A stretch of DNA of 37,296 nucleotides from IMG/VR virus record IMGVR_UViG_2711768063_000005, positions 1-37,296 of that record. One strand, written 5' to 3'. Below are positions 8,053 through 16,263 of the stretch, piece by piece. Position 1 is the first letter of the stretch, and each line of letters opens with the position of its first letter. Made by a program: the position numbers and the translations under genes. The stretch comes from a virus. Its lineage: Duplodnaviria > Heunggongvirae > Uroviricota > Caudoviricetes. The notes below the pieces were generated by a model, which had not been told where the DNA came from, did not search any database, and saw only the letters and a list, made by a program, of their open reading frames with translations.

Positions 8053-8602
8053 GCATCACTGGAAAGTAGAAAAACAGCCTGAGTGGTACGTGAAAGCTGT
8101 CAGAAAAACTATCGCAGCGTTGCCGGGGGGTTACGCTGAAGCAGCTGACTGGCTGGATGTAACAGAGAACGCATTATTTAACCGCCTTCGTGCCGATGGC
8201 GATCAGATTTTCCCGCTGGGATGGGCAATGATTTTGCAACGTGCTGGTGGAACTCACTTCATTGCTGACGCTGTGGCGCAGTCTGCAAATGGCGTCTTTG
8301 TGTCTCTTCCTGACGTCGAGGATGTGGACAACGCCGATATTAACCAGCGTCTGCTGGAAGTCATTGAACAGATCGGCAGTTATTCAAAACAGATTCGTTC
8401 AGCAATCGAAGACGGTGTAGTGGAACCGCATGAGAAGACAGCAATTAACGACGAGCTGTATCTCTCAATTTCGAAGCTGCAGGAGCATGCAGCACTTGTC
8501 TACAAAATTTTTTGCATTTCAGAAAGTAATGACGCCCGCGAGTGTGCAGCTCCGGGCGTCGTGGCGTCGATTGCTTCTGGTTGTGGAGAAACTAACGCAT
8601 GA
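8045..8602 (+). CDS. Early regulatory protein in the cII position (possibly CII/CP76-like)
   Basis: GTG start 4-5 nt after AGGAGGTGA, overlapping the cro stop; function assigned by position only. Confidence 0.45.
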   Translation: MGKHHWKVEKQPEWYVKAVRKTIAALPGGYAEAADWLDVTENALFNRLRADGDQIFPLGWAMILQRAGGTHFIADAVAQSANGVFVSLPDVEDVDNADINQRLLEVIEQIGSYSKQIRSAIEDGVVEPHEKTAINDELYLSISKLQEHAALVYKIFCISESNDARECAAPGVVASIASGCGETNA

Positions 8603-8937
8603 ACAGTTTAACAACACACTACCGTCGCTCGCAACTGATTGCGCTTCCTGTACCGGGTGGAAAAGCGAAGGTGGAATATTGCTATGCAGTGAATGTACCA
8701 AGTGACAGGGAAATTGTAACCCACAGCTTTGCAGAGTGGGCTGTGGGTGATTTCAACCGGCAGAAGGAGACAGTCCTTTGCGACAAGTTAACCGCTGGTT
8801 CAAAGATCACTACGGAGTGCCCGTCAGAGTCATTCGTTGGGAGCCGGAAACACAACGGGTTATCTACCTCCGCGAAGGTTATGAGCATGAATGCTTCAGT
8901 CCGCTCGAACAGTTTCGTCGTAAATTCAGGGAAATAG
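8599..8937 (+). CDS. Hypothetical protein; C-terminal third looks non-protein-like, possible frame disruption
   Basis: ATG overlaps the upstream stop (ATGA). N-terminal ~55 residues are protein-like; C-terminal portion is Ser/Thr-rich low complexity, whereas the alternative frame ending at 8957 reads as a well-composed protein. Confidence 0.35.
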   Translation: MNSLTTHYRRSQLIALPVPGGKAKVEYCYAVNVPSDREIVTHSFAEWAVGDFNRQKETVLCDKLTAGSKITTECPSESFVGSRKHNGLSTSAKVMSMNASVRSNSFVVNSGK

Positions 8938-8957
8938 AGGTCGGTCATGAGCACTAA
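8778..8957 (+). CDS. Alternative-frame small ORF (59 aa, TTG start), or the true C-terminal part of the preceding gene after a frameshift
   Basis: GAAGGAGA RBS at 8763-8770, TTG at 8778; translation ...[58 protein letters not shown]; stop overlaps the O-like ATG at 8947 (coupling). Below the 60-aa track threshold. Confidence 0.35.
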   Translation: MRQVNRWFKDHYGVPVRVIRWEPETQRVIYLREGYEHECFSPLEQFRRKFREIEVGHEH

Positions 8958-9888
8958 ATTAACCGGCTATGTATGGGATGGTTGCGCTGCATCAGGCATG
9001 AAGTTATCCAGCGTGGCAATTATGGCCCGCCTGGCTGATTTCAGTAATGACGAAGGTGTGTGCTGGCCATCAATTGAAACCATTGCCCGCCAGATTGGCG
9101 CGGGGATGAGTACCGTCAGAACGGCTATCGCACGGCTGGAAGCAGAAGGCTGGCTAACGCGTAAGGCGCGTCGCCAGGGTAACCGCAATGCGTCGAATGT
9201 TTATCAGCTTAACGTTGCGAAGCTTCAGGCAGCGGCATTTTCTCAACTGTCAGATTCTGACCCGTCAAAATCTGACGCATCAAAATCTGACCCGTCAAAA
9301 TTTGATGCGTCGAAATCTGGCAAAAAAGCGGGTTTTCACCCGTCAGAATCTGGCGGGGATCCGTCAGTAAAATCAAAACATGATCCGTCAGATAAAAAAC
9401 CTTCTCGTCCGGACGCTTCGCAACCGGACACGCAGACGGCTGAACAGGATTTTTTAACTCGCCATCCTGATGCGGTTGTATTCAGCCCTAAAAAGCGCCA
9501 GTGGGGGACGCAGGATGATTTGACCTGCGCACAGTGGCTCTGGAAAAAAATCATCGCCCTGTACGAGCAGGCTGCCGAATGTGACGGCGAGGTGGTTCGT
9601 CCCAAAGAACCGAACTGGACAGCCTGGGCAAACGAAATTCGCCTGATGTGTGTGCAGGATGGTCGTACTCACAAACAAATCTGCGAGATGTACAGCCGCG
9701 TCAGCCGCGATCCGTTCTGGTGCCGTAACGTGCTCAGCCCGTCGAAGCTGCGGGAAAAATGGGATGAGCTTTCCCTGCGCTTATCGCCGTCCGTAAGCAC
9801 GTACACCGAAAAACGCGAAGACCCGTACTTCAAATCCAGTTACGACAACGTGGACTACAGCCAGATCCCGGCAGGATTCAGGGGGTGA
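8947..9888 (+). CDS. Replication initiation protein (lambda O-like; N-terminal winged-HTH, internal iterons)
   Basis: N-terminal HTH-like SIETIARQIGAGMSTVRTAIARLEAEGWL; tandem DNA repeats inside the gene encode the repetitive peptide DPSKSDASKSDPSKFDASKS; position after cro/cII. Confidence 0.7.
   Translation: MSTKLTGYVWDGCAASGMKLSSVAIMARLADFSNDEGVCWPSIETIARQIGAGMSTVRTAIARLEAEGWLTRKARRQGNRNASNVYQLNVAKLQAAAFSQLSDSDPSKSDASKSDPSKFDASKSGKKAGFHPSESGGDPSVKSKHDPSDKKPSRPDASQPDTQTAEQDFLTRHPDAVVFSPKKRQWGTQDDLTCAQWLWKKIIALYEQAAECDGEVVRPKEPNWTAWANEIRLMCVQDGRTHKQICEMYSRVSRDPFWCRNVLSPSKLREKWDELSLRLSPSVSTYTEKREDPYFKSSYDNVDYSQIPAGFRG
9257..9395 (+). repeat. Iteron array (candidate ori) inside the O-like gene
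   Basis: Four tandem 15-bp units TCTGACCCGTCAAAA / TCTGACGCATCAAAA / TCTGACCCGTCAAAA / TTTGATGCGTCGAAA (9257-9316) followed by degenerate CCGTCAG(A/T)A copies to about 9393. Confidence 0.65.
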
Positions 9889-9890
9889 TC

Positions 9891-10379
9891 ATGAGTCTGT
9901 TAAATGACGTTCAGAAATTCATTGAAGCCCATCCGGGGTGTACTTCCGGAGACATTGCAGATGCTTTTGCAGGTTACTCACGACAGCGCGTTCTGCAGTC
10001 AGCAAGCAAGTTACGTCAGAGTGGGCGTGTGGCTCACCGTTGTGAAGGAGATACACGCAGACATTTCCCGCGCCTGACTGAGAGAGCGCAGGAGCCGGAA
10101 CCACAACCAGTTCGTGAAACCAGACCTGTGCGCAATTTCTATGTCGGCACTAACGATCCACGGGTGATTTTGTGCCTGACCCGCCAGGCTGAAGAACTGG
10201 AGTCCAGGTGCTTATACCGTCGTGCTGCAACGGTGTGGATGGAGGCATTCCGTGAAAGCCACTCCCAGCCAGAGCGAAACAATTTTCTTGCGCGTCGTGA
10301 ACGGTGTTTACGGAAAAGCAGCAAGCGGGCTGCATCAGGTGAAGAGTGGTATCTGTCAGGGAATTACGTGGGGGCTTAA
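9891..10379 (+). CDS. Hypothetical regulatory protein; C-terminal region resembles PerC/Pch-family activators (tentative)
   Basis: ATG 3 nt after the O-like stop; stop overlaps the next ATG (TAATG); segment ELESRCLYRRAATVWMEAFRES is PerC-like from memory. Confidence 0.45.
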   Translation: MSLLNDVQKFIEAHPGCTSGDIADAFAGYSRQRVLQSASKLRQSGRVAHRCEGDTRRHFPRLTERAQEPEPQPVRETRPVRNFYVGTNDPRVILCLTRQAEELESRCLYRRAATVWMEAFRESHSQPERNNFLARRERCLRKSSKRAASGEEWYLSGNYVGA

Positions 10380-11032
10380 TGAGTAATAAATATTGCCAGG
10401 CGCTGGTGGAACTGCGGAACAAACCAGCCCATGAACTGAAGGAAGTGGGCGATCAGTGGCGCACGCCGGACAACATTTTCTGGGGAATTAACACCCTGTT
10501 TGGCCCGTTTGTTCTGGATCTGTTCACTGACGGTGATAACGCCAAATGTGCCGCGTATTACACGGCGGAAGACAACGCGCTGGCGCATGACTGGTCAGAA
10601 CGCCTTGCGGAGCTTAAAGGTGCTGCCTTTGGTAATCCCCCATACAGCCGCGCCAGTCAGCATGAGGGGCAATACATCACCGGCATGCGTTACATCATGA
10701 AACATGCCAGTGCCATGCGTGATAAGGGCGGGCGCTATGTTTTCCTGATCAAAGCTGCCACCAGCGAAGTGTGGTGGCCGGAAGATGCGGACCATATTGC
10801 TTTTATTCGCGGGCGTATTGGTTTTGAACTGCCTGCCTGGTTTATCCCGAAGGACGAGAAGCAGGTGCCGACAGGAGCGTTCTTCGCTGGTGCTATTGCT
10901 GTTTTCGATAAGACCTGGAAGGGACCGGCAATCAGCTACATCGGGCGCGATGAACTTGAGGCATGTGGTGAGGCGTTTCTGGCGCAGGTTCGCCAGCAGG
11001 CAGAAAAACTGGTCAGGGAGATGGCGGCATGA
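10379..11032 (+). CDS. DNA N6-adenine methyltransferase (phage Dam family)
   Basis: Catalytic NPPY motif (AAFGNPPYSRA); start at the ATG overlapping the upstream stop; the track ORF starts at an upstream GTG inside the preceding gene. Confidence 0.8.
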   Translation: MSNKYCQALVELRNKPAHELKEVGDQWRTPDNIFWGINTLFGPFVLDLFTDGDNAKCAAYYTAEDNALAHDWSERLAELKGAAFGNPPYSRASQHEGQYITGMRYIMKHASAMRDKGGRYVFLIKAATSEVWWPEDADHIAFIRGRIGFELPAWFIPKDEKQVPTGAFFAGAIAVFDKTWKGPAISYIGRDELEACGEAFLAQVRQQAEKLVREMAA

Positions 11033-11355
11033 CGACGTTAACTCAATGCCAGCAGCAGGTGCTGGATATGCTGATTTCTTACCAGAAAGAACGTGGCTTC
11101 CCGCCAACCAATCAGGAGGTGGCAACCATGCTGGGATACCGTTCGGTGAATGCAGCGGTGGAGCATCTTCGCGCACTGGAGAAAAAAGGCGTCATCACGA
11201 TAAAGCGTGGCGTGGCCCGGGGGATAACGCTTCATACCGCGGTGAAGGACGACGACAGCGAGGCGGTCGGAATTATCCGCTCACTGCTTGCCGGTGAGGA
11301 AAACGCCAGGCTGCGTGCAGCCCACTGGTTACATGAGAGGGGCCTGAAAGTATGA
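11029..11355 (+). CDS. LexA N-terminal DNA-binding-domain-like protein (108 aa, no peptidase domain)
   Basis: LTQCQQQVLDMLISYQKERGFPPTNQEVATMLGYRSVNAAVEHLRALEKKGVI parallels the LexA N-terminus ([53 protein letters not shown]); ATG overlaps the Dam stop (ATGA). Confidence 0.7.
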   Translation: MTTLTQCQQQVLDMLISYQKERGFPPTNQEVATMLGYRSVNAAVEHLRALEKKGVITIKRGVARGITLHTAVKDDDSEAVGIIRSLLAGEENARLRAAHWLHERGLKV

Positions 11356-11741
11356 AGTTGATCCTTCCTTTCCCGCCCAGCGTGAACACGTACTGGCGAC
11401 ACCCCAACAAAGGGGCATTTGCTGGTAAGAGCCTGATAAGCGCGGCGGGGCGAAAATTTCAGAGCGCGGCGTGCGCAGCAATAGTTGAGCAGTTACGTCG
11501 TCTGCCAAAACCAACGTCGGCACCTGCTTCTGTGGAGATCGTGTTGTTTCCTCCGGATAACCGGATCCGCGATCTGGACAACTATAACAAGGCGCTGTTT
11601 GACGCCCTGACCCACGCGGGTGTGTGGGAAGACGACAGACAGGTGAAAAGAATGCTGGTGGAGTGGGGACCGGTTATCCCGAAAGGGAAGGTCGAGATCA
11701 CTATCAGTAAGTATGAGAAACCGGCGGGTGCAGCTGCCTGA
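11352..11741 (+). CDS. rusA: Holliday junction resolvase RusA
   Basis: LPFPPSVNTYWRH...DLDNYNKALFDALTHAGVWEDDRQV matches the RusA pattern (LPWPPSNNRYYRH...[25 protein letters not shown]); ATG overlaps the upstream stop. Confidence 0.85.
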   Translation: MKLILPFPPSVNTYWRHPNKGAFAGKSLISAAGRKFQSAACAAIVEQLRRLPKPTSAPASVEIVLFPPDNRIRDLDNYNKALFDALTHAGVWEDDRQVKRMLVEWGPVIPKGKVEITISKYEKPAGAAA

Positions 11742-11760
11742 TTAAGAGGAGAAACGAAGT

Positions 11761-12558
11761 ATGAATAATCTGATGGTCATTGATGGTATTGAAGTTCGTC
11801 GTGATGCTTATGGTCGTTACAGCCTGAACGATCTTCACAGGGCTGCCGGTTCTCTGGATAAGCATAAGCCTGCATTCTGGCTCCGCAATGAGCAAACTGA
11901 ACGTTTAATAAGCGAGTTGCAGATTTGCAACTCGGTCAATATAGAGCCAGTTAACGTTATTCGTGGCGGAAATAACCAGGGGACGTATGTCTGCAAAGAA
12001 CTGGTGTATGCCTATGCAATGTGGATAAGCCCGTCATTCCATCTTAAGGTGATCCGTACTTTCGACATGGTAACCAGCGCACCGGAAAAATTATCCGGAC
12101 AGGCTGCTGACAAGATGCAGGCTGGTGTGATTCTGCTGGACTTTATGCGCCGGGAATTAAATCTGTCTAACTCTTCAGTGCTTGGTGCCTGTCAGAAACT
12201 CCAGGAGGCTGTTGGCTTACCGAATCTGGCACCGCGCTATGCCATTGATGCTCCTGCTGACGCGCCTGATGGCTCAAGCCGCCCCACGCTGTCACTGAGT
12301 GCACTGCTGAAGCAGTATGGTATCCGCCTGACAGCTAATCAGGCATATCACCAGATGGTGAAGCTGGGGATCGTCGAGCAGCGCGAACGATACAGCCGTA
12401 CCGCGATTAACAACATCAAAAAATTCTGGTCGCTGACAGCGAAAGGCTGCATGTTCGGCAAGAATATCACCAGTCCCGCAAATCCGCGCGAGACGCAGCC
12501 GCATTTCTTCGAATCCCGATTCCCTGAGCTGTTAAAGCTGCTCGATACCGTTCATTGA
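11761..12558 (+). CDS. KilA-N domain protein (antirepressor-like)
   Basis: N-terminal IDGIEVRRDAYGRYSLNDLHRAAG...KPAFWLRNEQTERLISEL...GTYVCKELVYAYAMWISPSFHLKVIRTF is typical of KilA-N/Bro-N type DNA-binding domains. Confidence 0.65.
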   Translation: MNNLMVIDGIEVRRDAYGRYSLNDLHRAAGSLDKHKPAFWLRNEQTERLISELQICNSVNIEPVNVIRGGNNQGTYVCKELVYAYAMWISPSFHLKVIRTFDMVTSAPEKLSGQAADKMQAGVILLDFMRRELNLSNSSVLGACQKLQEAVGLPNLAPRYAIDAPADAPDGSSRPTLSLSALLKQYGIRLTANQAYHQMVKLGIVEQRERYSRTAINNIKKFWSLTAKGCMFGKNITSPANPRETQPHFFESRFPELLKLLDTVH

Positions 12559-12559
12559 G

Positions 12560-13555
12560 GTGACCGTGAGAGCACTACTGACCCCTGAAATTGCCCCGCG
12601 TATGGGGATCGTATTGTTCAGGCCAGGTTCAGAGTTGATGCCCCTGTTTATGCAGGGGCGTGTCCTGCTGGAGCCTGAGCCGGAACGTTATTCATCTTTC
12701 GCCAGCGGTGCAGTTCCGGCGGCATCACAACCGCTGGCGGATGATCCTGCCGTTCGGGCCGTGTTCCGCAATGAGGCAGTGATCCGTCGTGCTGGTGGCG
12801 TGGAATGTCTTGAAAGCTGGTTACTTCGTGAAAAAGGCTGCCAGTGGCCTCATTCCGACTGGCACAGCGAGAACATGACCACAATGCGACACGCTCCGGG
12901 CGCAATCCGTCTGTGCTGGCACTGCGATAACCAGCTGCGCGATCAGTTCACGGAACGGCTGGAATCAATGGCAACGGATAACTGTGCCCGCTGGGTGTTG
13001 TCTGTTGTGCGTCGGAATCTCGGTTTTGATGACAGTCACGTTGTGACAATGCCGGAACTGTGCTGGTGGCTGATTCGTAATGACCTGGCGGATGCCTTAC
13101 CGGAAAGTGCAGCCCGTAAGGCACTGAGATTACCGAAGCCTGTTGTGCCGTCTGTCACCCGGGAAAGTGACCTTGTGCCTTCGGTTCCTGCCACCAGCAT
13201 CATCCAGGATAAGGCGAAAAAGGTGCTGGCGCTGAAAGTGGATCCGGAGTCGCCGGAGTCTTTTATGTTACGCCCAAAACGTCGCCGCTGGGTTAATGAA
13301 AAGTACACGCGCTGGGTTAAGACACAGCCGTGTGCATGTTGTGGAAAGCCTGCTGATGATCCCCACCACCTGATAGGCCACGGTCAGGGGGGAATGGGTA
13401 CAAAAGCGCATGACCTCTTTGTGTTGCCTTTGTGCAGAAAGCATCACGACGAGCTGCATGCGGATACCGTGGCATTTGAAGAGAAGTATGGCTCCCAGTT
13501 GGAGCTGATATTTCGTTTTATTGATCGTGCGCTGGCAATTGGCGTGCTGGCCTGA
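12560..13555 (+). CDS. DUF968/YdfU-like phage protein with C-terminal HNH-like zinc-binding motif
   Basis: C-terminus CACCGKPADDPHHLIGHGQGGMGTKAHDLFVLPLCRKHHDELH; GTG start embedded in GAGGTG (alternative GTG at 12566). Confidence 0.55.
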   Translation: MTVRALLTPEIAPRMGIVLFRPGSELMPLFMQGRVLLEPEPERYSSFASGAVPAASQPLADDPAVRAVFRNEAVIRRAGGVECLESWLLREKGCQWPHSDWHSENMTTMRHAPGAIRLCWHCDNQLRDQFTERLESMATDNCARWVLSVVRRNLGFDDSHVVTMPELCWWLIRNDLADALPESAARKALRLPKPVVPSVTRESDLVPSVPATSIIQDKAKKVLALKVDPESPESFMLRPKRRRWVNEKYTRWVKTQPCACCGKPADDPHHLIGHGQGGMGTKAHDLFVLPLCRKHHDELHADTVAFEEKYGSQLELIFRFIDRALAIGVLA

Positions 13556-13569
13556 TTTGGTGGAGAAAG

Positions 13570-13920
13570 TTGATGCGTGATATGTATGAAGTATTGGACC
13601 GCTGGGGAGCATGGGCTGCAGCAGAAAATAGTGGTGTGGACTGGCAGCCGATAGCGGCTGGTTTCAAGGGACTTTTACCACACGGTAAAAAGTCACGTCT
13701 CCAGTGTGATGATGATGAAGGCATCATGATAGATAGTTGTGTGGCTAGGTTGCGTAAATATAAGCCGGAAGAGTATGAGCTGATAATTGCTCACTTTGTT
13801 ATCGGTATCTCATTACGCACTATTGCGAAGAAGAGAAAATGCTCTGATGGGACTATAAGAAAAAAGTTGCAAGCTGCATTGGGATTTATTGATGCAGTTA
13901 TATATATAATACATGGGTAA
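13570..13920 (+). CDS. Late-gene antiterminator, Q-like (small Q family)
   Basis: GGAGAAAG RBS; 116 aa; position immediately upstream of the late promoter/lysis region; family call from memory of small phage antiterminator Q proteins. Confidence 0.5.
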   Translation: MMRDMYEVLDRWGAWAAAENSGVDWQPIAAGFKGLLPHGKKSRLQCDDDEGIMIDSCVARLRKYKPEEYELIIAHFVIGISLRTIAKKRKCSDGTIRKKLQAALGFIDAVIYIIHG

Positions 13921-13927
13921 TTTATTA

Positions 13928-13946
13928 GACGGCCATATTGGCCGTC
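13928..13946. terminator. Bidirectional hairpin between convergent Q and the cargo cassette
   Basis: Perfect inverted repeat GACGGCCA-tat-TGGCCGTC in an AT-rich context; overlaps the stop of the minus-strand gene. Confidence 0.45.
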
Positions 13947-15123
13947 AGCTAAATAAATATGTAATAGCATAAGGCGTAAGTAAAAAGTAGAATCTAAATG
14001 TAAGATATAAGCCACATAAAACTATAATTCCTAATGAGGCAAAAACAATTTTCTGAACAAGCAATCTTGTGGTTAAACTATCAAATGTATCCTTTATATC
14101 TTCGTAAATAGCCTTGAAGTTATATTCTGCTTGTTGTTTTTTATGATTTAACTCATCATTTATTGCTGTTAAAGTTTGCCATTGATTAAATAGAACAAAT
14201 AGAATCATAATAGTGAAGAACAATGCACCCAACACTACAGCTGTGTTTATTAATGCTTGACTATCCCAACCATTAGCCTGCTTCATTTGAGTCGCAACGA
14301 TAATTGTTGCGACGGGGATACCTAATATCTGATTTTGTATGTCACTGAATACTTTATGTATTTTCCCCATCTCTTCTATTTTGGCTACTCGTAACTGATC
14401 CAGTATTTTCTCGTAAGAAAAACCAGAAACGAATACTTTGTATCCTTTTTGATAACTTTCATAAAGTTGTCCTAAATCCCTTAACATGAAGGAAAAAGAG
14501 GTTTCTTTAGTTTTAGATTCACATGATGATTTTATACTACTTGCTAAAATAGTAAGTTTTTGATCTTTATGCGTATCTTCTGCAAAGTTTGCGATCAAAT
14601 TATGAATCAGATCTCCATTAACATTCATAAGATCATCGCTAGAATAATTTACTGGAATTTTTAGTACGTTGGATTCGACGAATACCAATTCAAAATTTGT
14701 TTCATCTAAATAAGCAGAACAATCTTTGAATAAAGTAATTAAGCTCAAAACATCTCTGTACTTGGATATAATAGCAGGCGACTTTTTATCCCTGTTGTGA
14801 TAATTAAGTTCGATTATAAAGAAGTTACTGGCTTCCTTTATCCTATTTTTAGGATTTTTTAAATACTCATTAAAAGAGAAATGTAGCTGCCCCAATCGTA
14901 ATTTGGGGGGGGTTATATGTAAGGTTATAGTTTGGCCTAACTCAATGTTGCCAGATTCAAGGGTGATGCCAAAATCATGGGGATTCTCTGTGATATCGTT
15001 GATGATGTCACAGAGCTCCTCGTTTGAAAGAATGAGTGATGCTTCAGATAGGGTACCTGCAAATGTAGCGGCCTTGTAAATAGTCACTAAGTCTTTGAAG
15101 GTTCTCTGATTGTTACTGCTCAT
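13945..15123 (-). CDS. Membrane-anchored protein of unknown function (about 290-aa soluble N-terminal region, two C-terminal TM helices); partner of the NA37-like gene
   Basis: ATG at 15123 with AGGTG 6 nt upstream, inside the last codons of the upstream gene (11-nt overlap, coupling). Hydrophobic segments ALINTAVVLGALFFTIMILFVLF and IVFASLGIIVLCGLYLTFRFYFLL near the C-terminus. AT-rich. No family recognised. Confidence 0.7.
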   Translation of the reverse strand: MSSNNQRTFKDLVTIYKAATFAGTLSEASLILSNEELCDIINDITENPHDFGITLESGNIELGQTITLHITPPKLRLGQLHFSFNEYLKNPKNRIKEASNFFIIELNYHNRDKKSPAIISKYRDVLSLITLFKDCSAYLDETNFELVFVESNVLKIPVNYSSDDLMNVNGDLIHNLIANFAEDTHKDQKLTILASSIKSSCESKTKETSFSFMLRDLGQLYESYQKGYKVFVSGFSYEKILDQLRVAKIEEMGKIHKVFSDIQNQILGIPVATIIVATQMKQANGWDSQALINTAVVLGALFFTIMILFVLFNQWQTLTAINDELNHKKQQAEYNFKAIYEDIKDTFDSLTTRLLVQKIVFASLGIIVLCGLYLTFRFYFLLTPYAITYLFS

Positions 15124-16147
15124 CCTCTTCACCTAATTCTGATAAAATCTCTGATCTTAGCGTATCCGGAATCTCGGTAAGTATCAATTTATCGTTTTCT
15201 GAATCATAAAGAACGCTGCCATCATGCAAGGCCGCACGCTCGAATTTCAGAGACCAATGTTTGGACTTTCCTTTGAAACTAACAAGCCCACGTATAACGT
15301 TGCCATCAGGCACGAACCCATCAGAGAACTCCAGATCGTCATTGGTTAACTTTTCAACTAACAACTCAGGAGCAGTTGGCCATATCTCGTTTGCAAAAAT
15401 TTGAGTGTCGAAAGTTTCACCAGAACGATTTAAATTTTTTAATTTTTCATGAGCCTTATTTAGGAACTCTTCACGTGCCTCTGGTTCAAAACCTCTTTCA
15501 GTAGCAAATTCTAAAAGTGCATTCCGTAATTTTGTTGTTTCTTGTTTGGCAATTAGAATATCGTTGCAACCTAAAAACTTTTTGAAATAACCTGCTACTG
15601 AATTTTGCCCCTTTAGAAAGCTAATATATCTCTCTTTGCCATTCTGGCGCCCAGTTAAGTCAATTCGTCCCGCTACTCGAAGTTTAGCAATGTCTAGATA
15701 TTCACTTTCTTGAATTTCAAAATCGTGGACTGAAGAGCCAACTGCTGATGTTAGGATTGCAACCATCAAATAATGATTTCCATTTACCTCATTATGGGCA
15801 ATTATTACATAACCACCAGTAGACATTGATTCATCATCGGCTCTGGCTTTTAAATGATTGATCATTCGGATACTAGTATCATAAAAACTATGTGTTTTAT
15901 TTACGAAATAATCATCAACGATATTACCCATAGGGTAACTATCGCGGTCATCTTCAAATTTCCCATATCCTTTACCTGCTCTCCCAGAGTACCTTTCAGT
16001 AAGTGCGTTAGAGAGGTCTTTTGATGCTTGCTGAACAGGTTTTTCTGAAGGACAAGGAATAATGGTGGCTAACCCCTGTTGTTCCTTGTTCATAATGTGA
16101 ACAATAAACTTATGAGTGATATTAGTGGGGGTCGCTGATGCAGTCAT
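15113..16147 (-). CDS. NdpA/YejK-like nucleoid-associated protein homologue (NA37 family), phage-encoded
   Basis: Full-length collinearity with E. coli YejK as I recall it: [22 protein letters not shown] vs [38 protein letters not shown] vs [25 protein letters not shown]...FLG vs TRYLTFLKG...FLG. AAGGA RBS 8 nt upstream of the ATG; AT-rich. Confidence 0.8.
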   Translation of the reverse strand: [344 protein letters not shown]

Positions 16148-16263
16148 AACAACATCCTTTTAATGGTTTTGAACAATTGGTGTTGATAATACTTCAAAAA
16201 ATACTAATGCGTACGCAAAAAATACAGTACTCTGTTAAGAGTGGTTACTTCGCCACACAGCTT
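16148..16263. promoter_or_regulatory. AT-rich divergent promoter region: candidate late promoter (PR'/qut-like, + strand) and promoter of the antisense cargo operon (- strand)
   Basis: Intergenic AT-rich stretch with TTGATA/TTGAAC -35-like hexamers, followed on the + strand by a short leader ending in a terminator; assignment by position. Confidence 0.35.

Noticed and set aside
8430-8954. Track ORFs 8430-8705 (+) and 8682-8954 (-) in the cII-to-O interval
   Set aside because: The first lies in an alternative frame of the cII-position gene; the second is antisense to the better-supported plus-strand frames; neither has start context.
9188-9370. Tandem repeats resembling a short repeat array; track ORF with LTRQNLT repeats
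   Set aside because: The repeats are 15-bp iterons inside the replication-initiator gene with no spacers of CRISPR type and no cas genes; the ORF is the iteron region read in the wrong frame.
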